Shown: positions 48,408 through 57,324, counted from the first letter of the stretch. The stretch: 64,000 nt of DNA from a bacterium (GCA_030149525.1 JASBRJ010000206.1:20460-84459), one strand, 5' to 3'. The notes: a model not told the origin generated them from the sequence alone. Numbers and translations are program-made.

Positions 48408-49103
48408 CTATACGAATACTCCGGCTTGAGCATAAAGACTTGCGCCCGCAATCATCCCACCGGCAGGGCTGGCTCCCGGGCCGAGCCCGATGCCCGCGCC
48501 AAAAGAGAGTCCCAGTCCGGCCTGGGCTCCGCCAAAGAGAGCCTGAGGTCCCAGACCCGCACCGGCTGCACGGATACCCGGGCTTCCAGCAGCCAGATTG
48601 ATACCCGCAGGCATCCCCCCAAGTCGAGGAACACCGAGTTGGGGGGCTCCTCCGATATTGATGTTGAGGCCGTTTCCTCGTCCGGCAGCGATCTGCGGTC
48701 CGCCCCCCACATTGATGTTCAAGCCACCGGGCGCACCTGCAGGTCCGCCGGCCCCTAAGTTGATGTTGACCCCGGGGCCGCCCATGCCGGGGGCTCCCAT
48801 TCCCGGCCCGCCCATCATAGCGGCGTTCATTCCTTGCTGACAGCAACCGCCCATGGGACATCCACATTTCTTGCCCATCATGGCCTGTTGGCTCATCTGA
48901 ACCATCTGATTCATCATACCCATCATGGTTCGCATCTGTTGCTGCTGCTGTTGAGCCTGCATCAACTGCTCTCGTTGCTGACGATTCATACGGGGAGCAC
49001 GAGGGCTCTTGGCACCTTCCGAGGCTCCCGCCGAACTGGCGATGCTACCTACTGTTCCAGCAATACTGCCGGCTGCGCTTGCGATTCCACCTAAAGCTCC
49101 CAT
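48408..49103 (-). CDS. Low-complexity Met/Gln/Cys/Gly-rich protein with GxNINxGG repeats
   Basis: Perfect Shine-Dalgarno GAGGAG 5 nt upstream of the ATG. N-terminal glycine zipper, polyQ, a Met-rich tract (MMGMMNQMVQMSQQAMMG), a Cys cluster KKCGCPMGGCCQQGM, then repeated GVNINLGAGG / GLNINVGGG / GLNINIGGA motifs. Confidence 0.55.
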   Translation of the reverse strand: MGALGGIASAAGSIAGTVGSIASSAGASEGAKSPRAPRMNRQQREQLMQAQQQQQQMRTMMGMMNQMVQMSQQAMMGKKCGCPMGGCCQQGMNAAMMGGPGMGAPGMGGPGVNINLGAGGPAGAPGGLNINVGGGPQIAAGRGNGLNINIGGAPQLGVPRLGGMPAGINLAAGSPGIRAAGAGLGPQALFGGAQAGLGLSFGAGIGLGPGASPAGGMIAGASLYAQAGVFV

Positions 49104-49164
49104 ATGAATTCTCCTCGTTAGTCTTGTGTTGATGAGAGTTTCTCACGAAGGGCAGACCTGAAGT

Positions 49165-49638
49165 ATGAAAACTGAACCAGCACATGTGAACCCGATAAGA
49201 ACTCCGTGTAACCAAGTTGTTAACGAGCGGTCAGGGGTTGAGAAGGAGCTTTCGGGCCGGCTTATGGAATCGGAACAGTCTATGACACTCCCCAGTGCTC
49301 AACATCAAGAGAAGTTTCAAGAAAAATCGGACCCGGCGATCTGTTGCCGGGCCTGCGGGCAACTTGTGACCAGACGAAACTGCAACGGTCCCGACACGGT
49401 GGACTCGGAACGCACCTTCCGCAATCCCGCCGGATACTCATTTCATGTGAAGGTTTTTGGTGAAGCCGAAGGATGCCGAGTGGTCGGAGAGGCTGTCAGT
49501 GAAGCGTCCTGGTTTCCCGATTATGCCTGGAGGTTGGCCCTTTGTCGGGAGTGTGACACCCATCTTGGTTGGAGGTTCGAGAAATCCGGCCACTCTGACT
49601 TCTGGGGCTTGATAGTGACCAGATTGACCGGTGTTTAA
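49165..49638 (+). CDS. Bacterial CULT-domain (cereblon-like) protein
   Basis: CRACGQ ... FRNPAGYSFHV ... WFPDYAWRLALCRECDTHLGWRFE ... FWGLI matches the CULT zinc-ribbon / tri-Trp pocket pattern. The true start may lie at an internal Met (49264 or 49285). Confidence 0.65.
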   Translation: MKTEPAHVNPIRTPCNQVVNERSGVEKELSGRLMESEQSMTLPSAQHQEKFQEKSDPAICCRACGQLVTRRNCNGPDTVDSERTFRNPAGYSFHVKVFGEAEGCRVVGEAVSEASWFPDYAWRLALCRECDTHLGWRFEKSGHSDFWGLIVTRLTGV

Positions 49639-50609
49639 TTCTTACCGAGTAGCACCCGTCGATTCTCTGAAAGAATGGTGCGACACATCTCGGGGTCGGG
49701 CTCGGAGTCTTCCACTCCCTCCTCAAACGTTCCACCCAAAACCAGCATGTCGGGCCGGGAGATGACATAGCCTGCACTGTGATCGATGATGAAGCTCTCT
49801 GATGCCGGTTCCAACAAGACAAGCTGGCCTCTTATCGGCCTCACTGCATGATCTTCAACAACACGACCGGCGCCCAGGCCCAGGCAATTGATAAAGAGGG
49901 TCTCGGGCAGTTCAAGGATTTGGTTCAAGTGGTGGAACTCGTATTCTCGAAAAGCACCGCCCCGTTCTTCAATGTCGCTTGCCAGTTGATGCAAAAATCT
50001 CGGGGTCTGGATGAGAAGGGTCTCGCTATATAGACATTCCCCGACGTATCCACTGATGGGCAATCGGGCCATGGTAGAGGGCTCCGGGGTAATCCCATCA
50101 GGGAAAGGATCGAGGGGGTGAGAACGATCGGGAGTTTCATACAGGGGAACTTTGGAGATGCCGTATCTCTTGGAGTCCAGGCTGAGGTAGGTGTTCCAGG
50201 TCTCACGCAACATGCGATCCCTCAGTTCGTCGTCTTCGAGGCCGAGATGGGTGGGTGCCCAAAGACCGCCGGCCACGTTCGAAGTGGTGTTGGGGGGAAA
50301 CTCCTTGCTGTAAACAGTTACAGGATGCCCTCGTTGAGAGAGGAGATGGGCCGAACAAAGTCCCATCACTCCGGAGCCTAGAACGCCCACAGGGAGTCCG
50401 GGGCTGAGGTGGTTTCCCAGAAGGTTCAGAACTTCCAGGCAAGAGCCCCAGCAAAGAGTGATCCCGCTGCCGCCGTGCCCATAGTTGTGAGCCACGATCT
50501 TTTGACCGAGATGCTCAACGGCCAGCCGGGGGCCACCCGCGCGATAAGGACGAAGGCCGGCAACCACCCCTCGGACACGCCCGTCATCAAGTTGGAGTTC
50601 AATCTCCAT
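49635..50609 (-). CDS. D-amino-acid-oxidase-like FAD flavoenzyme, apparently circularly permuted
   Basis: Residues ~35-60 (VAHNYGHGGSGITLCWGSCLEVLNLLG) match the normally C-terminal DAAO FAD-binding motif. Residues ~70-110 (VGVLGSGVMGLCSAHLL ... VYSKEFPPNTTSNVAGGLWAP) match the normally N-terminal GxGxxG Rossmann motif and the AAGLW segment. The ORF then ends where the C-terminal motif would normally follow. The start overlaps the upstream gene stop (TAATG). Confidence 0.65.
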   Translation of the reverse strand: MEIELQLDDGRVRGVVAGLRPYRAGGPRLAVEHLGQKIVAHNYGHGGSGITLCWGSCLEVLNLLGNHLSPGLPVGVLGSGVMGLCSAHLLSQRGHPVTVYSKEFPPNTTSNVAGGLWAPTHLGLEDDELRDRMLRETWNTYLSLDSKRYGISKVPLYETPDRSHPLDPFPDGITPEPSTMARLPISGYVGECLYSETLLIQTPRFLHQLASDIEERGGAFREYEFHHLNQILELPETLFINCLGLGAGRVVEDHAVRPIRGQLVLLEPASESFIIDHSAGYVISRPDMLVLGGTFEEGVEDSEPDPEMCRTILSENRRVLLGKN

Positions 50610-51691
50610 TAGGACTTCCAGCGAACCGACTTCAACCAGGGTAGACCGAGAGCACCCTTACCAAGCTCCAGCTCAAGATTCGTATTCTGGGCCCGACTGT
50701 TGAAGACGCTTCTAGACACTGCGATCTCCTCGGGAAGTTCAACAGCGTCGTCTTCACCGGCGGCGAGTCGCGCATGGTAGGTGTAGTAGCGACCGTTCTT
50801 GGTCTTGTGTTCCTTACTGTACATGCTGCGCACGGTTGCTTCCACCCTTATGCTCGGGCCCGTATCGAGTCCGATATTGATATCTTCAAGCAGCAGAATT
50901 CCCGCCACCGGGAGACTTAAAATCAGCAGCACGGCGCTTTCGATGATGATGCGATGGCCCCGAGACGACCCACTGAAGAGAGTCCGAATTACGCTGATAA
51001 GTGCTGCAAAAAGTCCCAGCCCCAGACCCAGTCCTAGCCAGACCTGTTGGCCCCAGTGAAGCAGGAGAGTTTCTCTTGTGGTCACCAGTTCCATAAACCC
51101 CATGAAGGCGTATCCGCTCACGGCGAAGAGGACGGCCTCGGTGATAAAAGCCTTGTAAAAGAAAGGTTCTTTATACATGGGCGTGGGCTCGTTTTTCATC
51201 CCTTTCATGCTTTCAGAGAGCTCAATCAGCCTCTTGAAATCGAGATCGGAGACGTCATCGCTACCCTTGGCAGTTATCCAAAGACGTTCGCCGTCACACT
51301 GAATCTCGTGGAAATCCTTGGAAAGAACTTGATGAACCTTATCTCTGGTCTGCTGGGAAAGAGAAAGATGATCGGCCAGCAACGGGTTGTCGGAAACAAC
51401 GTAGACGAGATCGTCGAATTTTCTGTCGCCTGTTTGGAGTTCGGTGGAAAGACCCCAGTCCTTAAAGCGTGTGTCCCAGGTCGATTCTCGAACAAATCGG
51501 AATTTGGGACCCGGATGATCGACTCCCACGCTTCGACCCGTGATTCGTCCTTTGTGCTTGCTGAGCGAAACATAACATGTCTTATCCCTGTAGTCTTTTT
51601 GAGACGCTCCACGGAACTTCTTCGCATTCAAACCGATGAGGAGACCGATGCCTGCTCCCAGCATTTTCAGGAAAAACCAAATAAGCCACAT
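50609..51691 (-). CDS. Multi-pass membrane protein of unknown function
   Basis: N-terminal TM helix, a ~150-aa soluble region, three more TM helices including a LGLGLGLGL tract, and a C-terminal soluble region. Confidence 0.5.
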   Translation of the reverse strand: MWLIWFFLKMLGAGIGLLIGLNAKKFRGASQKDYRDKTCYVSLSKHKGRITGRSVGVDHPGPKFRFVRESTWDTRFKDWGLSTELQTGDRKFDDLVYVVSDNPLLADHLSLSQQTRDKVHQVLSKDFHEIQCDGERLWITAKGSDDVSDLDFKRLIELSESMKGMKNEPTPMYKEPFFYKAFITEAVLFAVSGYAFMGFMELVTTRETLLLHWGQQVWLGLGLGLGLFAALISVIRTLFSGSSRGHRIIIESAVLLILSLPVAGILLLEDINIGLDTGPSIRVEATVRSMYSKEHKTKNGRYYTYHARLAAGEDDAVELPEEIAVSRSVFNSRAQNTNLELELGKGALGLPWLKSVRWKS

Positions 51692-51764
51692 AAAAGGAAG
51701 GTTCTTTTTCTTTTAGCGCAAGTCCTCTCGATGGGTTTTTCTCTATAGAGAAAGTCTCCGCAAG

Positions 51765-52403
51765 TCAGAGTTTTTTCAGCCGACGAATGGTCTCGGTGGC
51801 TGCCACTTGCCCTTTCAGGTTCCCCTCCACAGGTCGAGACTCCAGAGTCTGAATGGCGTAACGCCCGCCGTAGTGCTTCTCGATCTCTTGCCGACTGATA
51901 GAAAAAGGCGGCCCGTCCATGAGACTTTGGTCGTATTGGAAAGTGATGAGAAGCTGTGGGGCGGTGCCGGAAATTTCTACCAAATGGGCTGCATATTCAT
52001 GCCGTGTGCTCTCGGGGAGGGCCACCATGGCCGCTCTGTCGTAAACCGCTTGAACCCGGCCGAGCGTGTCGGAGTGGAGATGGAAGATGTTGCCCACGAA
52101 GAAATCCAGCCCCGGTGCGGCGTAATGCTTCATCCGTCCTCGGCTGGTGACCTCGGGCTCCACTTCGAGTTCCTGGAACAGTTCTTTGATGGCCGACTCA
52201 TTCAGTTCCGCTCCTGCCACGGCGCACCCTTGAGATCTCAGCCAGGCGATGTCTCTGGTCTTTCCGCAAAGAGGGAGAAAGACTCTGGCTCCGTCTGCCA
52301 GGTTGAGTGCGGAGAAATGCTCCACGAGCAGTGAGTTGGGTCGGCCCTCATGAAAGCCGATCTCTCGATTCTCCCATTTTTTATGCCAAAATTCAGGTTC
52401 CAT
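51765..52403 (-). CDS. tpm: Thiopurine S-methyltransferase
   Basis: FWHKKWENREIGFHEGRPNSLLVEHF ... RVFLPLCGKTRDIAWL, the canonical TPMT N-terminal signature. Confidence 0.85.
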   Translation of the reverse strand: MEPEFWHKKWENREIGFHEGRPNSLLVEHFSALNLADGARVFLPLCGKTRDIAWLRSQGCAVAGAELNESAIKELFQELEVEPEVTSRGRMKHYAAPGLDFFVGNIFHLHSDTLGRVQAVYDRAAMVALPESTRHEYAAHLVEISGTAPQLLITFQYDQSLMDGPPFSISRQEIEKHYGGRYAIQTLESRPVEGNLKGQVAATETIRRLKKL

Positions 52404-53200
52404 TAATCCTTACCCGCAGCGGCCTTTTCTGGTTGAGCTTTGCCGGCCAGGGGAGTCTCCTCAAAAGGTGTCCACCCGGTCTCAGGAAGCAGAATTTCCA
52501 ACCCGGTGAACTGTTCCTTGTAGCGAAGCTTCTTCGCCAGCGTGTTCATAAAGCCGATATAGAGGTGTGGCCAGTCACGCTGGGCACACATCTCAATCTC
52601 TTTGAGAAACGTGAAGACTCCAAGTCGGCGTCGAGGTACGGTGAGGTCGTAATAACAGTAGTGAGAGTAGATACCTCGTTCGCCGATGTCGATAGTGCTC
52701 ACAGCCAACAGACGGTCGCCTTGCCAGTAGGAGACCTCTTTGGTGTGACCCATCTGGTTGAGGTGCCAGGAATCATAAAATGCCAGTCTTTCACGGTCCG
52801 TTGTGAGGTGGTCGGTTTTGGTTTGGAACTGGGTCTTCACGAAGGTCTCAAAAAGCTCGAATTTTTTTGCGGTCATCTCCACCGGACCTATTCTCTGGAT
52901 CAGGTCTTTGTTGCGATTTCGAGTTCGTCTCATGGAACGGGTCCAACGGAACGATTTCAAAGCGATGCGGGCGGGATGACAGTATCGACATCCGTAGCAA
53001 GCGGGGAGGCAGTAGAGAGGGCCGAACCGGCCGCCACCAAGATGCATGAGTCGGTCGATGCTCTCATCGTGGAGAGCAAGCAGTGACCACTCCCGTCCGG
53101 GCAAGAAGTTACACGGATGATTGGGAAGCCGACAGGAGAGGGGAGGGTTATCGCGCCATCCGGGCTCGACGGCGTCCCATAGACCAAGAAGGTGACGCAC
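52403..53200 (-). CDS. bpt: Arginyl/leucyl-tRNA--protein transferase (Bpt/Ate1 family)
   Basis: RFGPLYCLPACYGCRYCHPARI Cys cluster, followed by an ATE_C-like GNAT-fold half (FYDSWHLNQMG). Confidence 0.65.
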   Translation of the reverse strand: MRHLLGLWDAVEPGWRDNPPLSCRLPNHPCNFLPGREWSLLALHDESIDRLMHLGGGRFGPLYCLPACYGCRYCHPARIALKSFRWTRSMRRTRNRNKDLIQRIGPVEMTAKKFELFETFVKTQFQTKTDHLTTDRERLAFYDSWHLNQMGHTKEVSYWQGDRLLAVSTIDIGERGIYSHYCYYDLTVPRRRLGVFTFLKEIEMCAQRDWPHLYIGFMNTLAKKLRYKEQFTGLEILLPETGWTPFEETPLAGKAQPEKAAAGKD

Positions 53201-53203
53201 CTG

Positions 53204-54010
53204 TTATACGGGGTCGGAAGCCACGCGGTTTCGGTAGAGCGTAGCTTTACTGCGATATCCGCGGTTGGTGGTGTCGAGAATGTTGCCCATGAGGTGCCAG
53301 TTCAGTCCAGCGTTAACTAGAGCGCCCACCAGCGGAATCATGGCCCCCATCTTCCGTTTCGCCAGTAGGGCGGCTATCTGTTTGGAAGCCACCGATAAAC
53401 CTCGACCGGAGATAGCTAGCGAGGCCTCCTCCACGAGATTGCGTTGCTGCTCCAGTTCTTTCTGGGTGAGTTCGTCCAGTTGGATCAATCGCTTTCTTCG
53501 GCTGGGCACATGGCCTATTCGAAGCAGTTCAAGAATGTAAAGTTGTTCGCGCTCCAGCCTCGGGTCGAATCCGTAGCTCATGGCCACTTCTCCCATGGTA
53601 CGGATGGCGTAGAGATAGAAAGCGGGCAGATCGGCAAACTGGCCTATAAATCCCATGGACCCCGTTACGGCACTTCCCATGACGGTTTTCTGGCGCACCT
53701 CGTTTCGAATCTGAGCCACATGTTCGTCTACAATTTCCAGACGCTCGTCGGTGAGGCCCAGGCTTCCGGTCGTGCTGACAGCTCGGGCTGAGGCCAAGCG
53801 GCTTTCCACAACATCGTCGTTGAAGGTGGTCATCATCTGCTCGATGGACTTCTTCAGCACTTCTTCAAGCTTTGTGGAGAGTTTTTCACTGAATCCCTTA
53901 GGCGCTTTTTTGAGGGCGGCTTGGATGGGAGCAGCCCCGGTTTGAAGCACCTGTGTCATAGGTGTGGCATCACCGTGATTCACCGGTTTCTCTTGCTCTT
54001 TTTCTGACAT
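53204..54010 (-). CDS. Hypothetical protein (EcsC-like, tentative)
   Basis: 268-aa product with amphipathic and hydrophobic helices (GSAVTGSMGFIGQFADLPAFYLYAIRTM) loosely resembling the EcsC family. Confidence 0.4.
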   Translation of the reverse strand: MSEKEQEKPVNHGDATPMTQVLQTGAAPIQAALKKAPKGFSEKLSTKLEEVLKKSIEQMMTTFNDDVVESRLASARAVSTTGSLGLTDERLEIVDEHVAQIRNEVRQKTVMGSAVTGSMGFIGQFADLPAFYLYAIRTMGEVAMSYGFDPRLEREQLYILELLRIGHVPSRRKRLIQLDELTQKELEQQRNLVEEASLAISGRGLSVASKQIAALLAKRKMGAMIPLVGALVNAGLNWHLMGNILDTTNRGYRSKATLYRNRVASDPV

Positions 54011-54088
54011 AGACTATCCTTCCGCGAAAACTGTGTTCATGTAAACACAGAGCGCTAGTATAGGCAAATTGTTTCGCTCTTGAGGTGA

Positions 54089-54976
54089 CTATTTTGCAAA
54101 GTAAGTGGAATTCACCTTGAGGAGTGTCGTTTCTGTTTGACCGCCGTCGTCGTCGTTGACGACCCAAAGGTCATGACCATCGAAGGCCAGACCTTCGATC
54201 TTCTCAGGAACCGTGATGCCTTCTTTCTTATAGACGGGGATCAGATCGACAAGAAGATCCTTTTTCAGGGGGGAGCTGAAGTTGGAGACATCCACGGTGT
54301 AGATACGCTTGTGAACGGCTCTTTCGCCTGCAAGCTTATCCCGTTCCAGGATGGCCAGTCGACCGTTCGGTGCATGGGTCAAGCCGCTTAGGAAGAGTTC
54401 GGGGCCAAGAGGGTAGAGGGCAAACTGCCAGGTTTCGGTCTGAGGATCATAACAGCCCAGGCGGGTAGAGTCCTCAGGGTCGTCCTGCCAACCTTTCTGG
54501 AAACCTACGAACACCTTGCCGTCTAAGACGGCGATGCCCTCGAGGCCATGTTTGGCCACCTTCTCATGAACTTCGTCGGGAAGAGTCACTTCGTCCACCT
54601 CTTCGGTCGACGGGTTGTACGAGACCAAACGGTTAGGGTGCTTTTTGCTTCCCTCTCCGACTAACCAGATTCGGCCGCCTTGAGACCACGCGACTCCCTC
54701 AATATCCAGGCGGCCCAGTTTCGTGAGGGTCCAGGAGTCGGTCATTCGGAAGGGGGTGGTTGTTGTGTCCAATCTCAGGAGCTGAGCCGGTTGGGTGATC
54801 TTGTCGGGAGCGGTGAACAGATACCCCGGGTGGGCGCCGTCGGCGGACAGGCCGGAGAGGGCTTCCCAGGGTAGGGTTTGCTCTTTTGCGATCTGACCCG
54901 GGCGGGGGGTCGTCGGCTGAGCCCAAAGGGAGGCGGCCAGAAGCAGCCCGGTCAGTGTGACGACCCTGCATCTCAT
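54089..54976 (-). CDS. Secreted phytase-like esterase domain protein
   Basis: Signal peptide MRCRVVTLTGLLLAASLWA, then repeated beta-propeller-like segments (LEGIAVLDGKVFV ... IEGLAFDGHDLWVVNDDDG). Confidence 0.55.
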   Translation of the reverse strand: MRCRVVTLTGLLLAASLWAQPTTPRPGQIAKEQTLPWEALSGLSADGAHPGYLFTAPDKITQPAQLLRLDTTTTPFRMTDSWTLTKLGRLDIEGVAWSQGGRIWLVGEGSKKHPNRLVSYNPSTEEVDEVTLPDEVHEKVAKHGLEGIAVLDGKVFVGFQKGWQDDPEDSTRLGCYDPQTETWQFALYPLGPELFLSGLTHAPNGRLAILERDKLAGERAVHKRIYTVDVSNFSSPLKKDLLVDLIPVYKKEGITVPEKIEGLAFDGHDLWVVNDDDGGQTETTLLKVNSTYFAK

Positions 54977-54981
54977 GGTGG

Positions 54982-55821
54982 CTAAAACGGCTGGGCGTAG
55001 CCTTCGCAACGATTGTGCCAACCGGCTCTCCACCGATTCTCGCCACGGGCCGGGGGAGAGTTTGAGATTCTTCGGTCCAAAGTTCGCTTGGCGGCGTTGG
55101 CGAACTCGCGGGCGGCGGATTGCCCCGAGGAAACCTCGTTCATCTCCAACAGGACTTGTTTCAGGCCCCAACCCTGACCGTTGTATCGCTCTTTAGGGTT
55201 GGTGCCTTCGCCTTTGAAGTTGACGTAGTCGATAAGGGCGTACACACCGTTGGTTGTGGTGGCCACTTTATTGTAGTTATCGGTCAATCGCTTAATTTCT
55301 TCGTCGGTGGAATTCTCTTTCATTTTTTCCAGAGCCGCTCTCGATCGCTGCATGATGAAGTCGGTCTGGAGGGTAACAGAGTGGGCCAACCAGTTGCGCA
55401 GGCTTTTGATCTCGGCGCCGTTATAGTCGGCATCGAAGCTCTGTTTCGAGTTCCAAGGACAGTTGCGTTGTCGAGCAAACTCCGGTGGGTTGGCCCCTCT
55501 CTCCACCGCATAACTGATCAGCTTATGGAAGCTCTCCTCGAACGGTCCGTTAAAATTCTTGGGGTACCAGATGAAGTGGCCTATGCCCAATGAGGGAAAC
55601 TCCTCGCCGGCGTTCCAGGAGGTGAGTCCAGCCACCCGGCCCCCGCACTCGTTTTGCCAGATCTTGCGACCGATTCTCATCTTCATGTCCTGGCTCAACT
55701 CAGGGAGAGCGTCTTCTGATTTGGCCACAGCCGTACCGACCGGTAAAGGCTCGGCTTCGGTCAGCTGAAAGGTGAAGAGAAGGCCGCACAGGCCCAGGGC
55801 TGTTAGGGTGAGTTTACTCAT
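54982..55821 (-). CDS. Secreted hypothetical protein
   Basis: Signal peptide MSKLTLTALGLCGLLFTFQLTEA; unknown family. Confidence 0.5.
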   Translation of the reverse strand: MSKLTLTALGLCGLLFTFQLTEAEPLPVGTAVAKSEDALPELSQDMKMRIGRKIWQNECGGRVAGLTSWNAGEEFPSLGIGHFIWYPKNFNGPFEESFHKLISYAVERGANPPEFARQRNCPWNSKQSFDADYNGAEIKSLRNWLAHSVTLQTDFIMQRSRAALEKMKENSTDEEIKRLTDNYNKVATTTNGVYALIDYVNFKGEGTNPKERYNGQGWGLKQVLLEMNEVSSGQSAAREFANAAKRTLDRRISNSPPARGENRWRAGWHNRCEGYAQPF

Positions 55822-55827
55822 AATGAA

Positions 55828-57324
55828 TCAGTTGTCTCTCTGGGATGAAAAACCTTCACTGCTTCCCAGAGCCGAAATAACGAAAGCAACGACCGTTCCG
55901 ATGACGATATTCCATGGCCAAGCAACAAGTTGATGATGGGCGACTGTGAAGACAACGATAGTGCTGATGACGGCAGCGGCCACGTTGGTGACCTCGCTTC
56001 CGCGAGTCTTGGTGAAGAGCGCCACTAGAAAGATGCCCAGCAGTCCGCCGTAGAAAAAAGTCATGACCCCAAGAGCCAGGCTCAAAAGATCGATCTCCGG
56101 ATGGGTGCGATTGTAGTAGGCCACTCCCAGGGCAACAGCGGCCACCGAAGTTCCAAAAAGGAGAGTGACGATTCGCGAGGCGATCAGTTCCTCACGAGGC
56201 GTCGTCTTCTTGATATCACGATAGAAATCTGAAATGAAGGTGGCTGTCATGGCGTTGAAGGCGGAGGACAGGCTCGACATGGCTGCGGCCAGGACTCCCG
56301 CTACAATAAGACCTATGATCCCTTTAGGAAGTTTCGCCAGAGCGTAGTAGAGGAGGTAGTGACCGTTTTTCCCATCCTTGGAGAGATGGGCTGCGGTGAC
56401 GGCCAGATCGGATTCCGGCGGTTGATGTTGCAGGTTCAAGAAGAGGAACAGACCTACCGTCATGAACAGGACGGTGACGGCCATCCCCACAAGTCCGCTC
56501 AACCAGGTGGATCGCCGGCTTCCTGCATCGTCTTTACAGGTGAGGAGGCGCTGAACCATGTCATGATCGGTGCCGTGGGTGGCCATGGTGAGGAAGAACC
56601 CACCGATTAGGGCGGTGAGAAGATGATAGGGGTCGGTGAGCGGATTTCCTTCGGTTTGGAACAGCACGAGTTTGCCGGCCTCGCTCAGTTCCTGTCCACA
56701 CTGCCCCAAAGAGAGCCCGGTGTCGGAGAAAAGGCTCGCCAGAAGGGCCAACCCGGCTCCAACCAGCACAACAGCTTGTAAGACGTCCGTCCAGATGACC
56801 GCCTTGATGCCACCGGCCGCGGTGTAGCAGATGGTGACGAAACAGAGGAGCAGAATCGACCAGGTGATCCCCATGCCGGTGGCAACCTCAATCGTGATAG
56901 CGGCCATAAAAAGTCTTGAACCATCGGCGAAGAGGCGTCCAAAGAGGAAAAGTCCCGCTGTGGTCTTTTGGGTGATTCTCCCAAAACGACGCTGGAGAAA
57001 CTCATAGACGGTGGTGACGCCCGCTTTATAGTAGACGCTGATGAAGTAGTGAGCCAGGACAAATCTGGCCAGAATGCTTCCGATACCGAACTGAAGGTAG
57101 GTCAGATTTCGACGATAACCCTGTTCCGGCGCACCTAGGAAAGTGGCGGCGCTGATTTCCGTGGCCACCAGTGACAATAGGGCCGCCCACCAGGGGATGG
57201 AGCGCCCACCCAAAAGAAAATCGTTGTTGGACTCCTGGCCTCGGCTCATCCAGGCTCCTACGCCTGCGATCACGACGAAGTAGAGAACGAGCACCGCCCA
57301 GTCGGTGGAACTTAACGGGGTCAA
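55828..57324 (-). CDS. Sodium:solute symporter (SSS family)
   Basis: DFLLGGRSIPWWAALLSLVATEISAATFLGAPEQGY N-terminal signature and about 13 TM helices. Confidence 0.85.
   Translation of the reverse strand: MTPLSSTDWAVLVLYFVVIAGVGAWMSRGQESNNDFLLGGRSIPWWAALLSLVATEISAATFLGAPEQGYRRNLTYLQFGIGSILARFVLAHYFISVYYKAGVTTVYEFLQRRFGRITQKTTAGLFLFGRLFADGSRLFMAAITIEVATGMGITWSILLLCFVTICYTAAGGIKAVIWTDVLQAVVLVGAGLALLASLFSDTGLSLGQCGQELSEAGKLVLFQTEGNPLTDPYHLLTALIGGFFLTMATHGTDHDMVQRLLTCKDDAGSRRSTWLSGLVGMAVTVLFMTVGLFLFLNLQHQPPESDLAVTAAHLSKDGKNGHYLLYYALAKLPKGIIGLIVAGVLAAAMSSLSSAFNAMTATFISDFYRDIKKTTPREELIASRIVTLLFGTSVAAVALGVAYYNRTHPEIDLLSLALGVMTFFYGGLLGIFLVALFTKTRGSEVTNVAAAVISTIVVFTVAHHQLVAWPWNIVIGTVVAFVISALGSSEGFSSQRDN

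Noticed and set aside
48834-49094. His/Leu-rich 86-aa plus-strand ORF mirroring the Met/Gln-rich gene
   Set aside because: CAT/CAG codons on one strand mirror ATG/CTG on the other. Only the minus-strand ORF has a perfect SD, full length and fits the intergenic boundaries.
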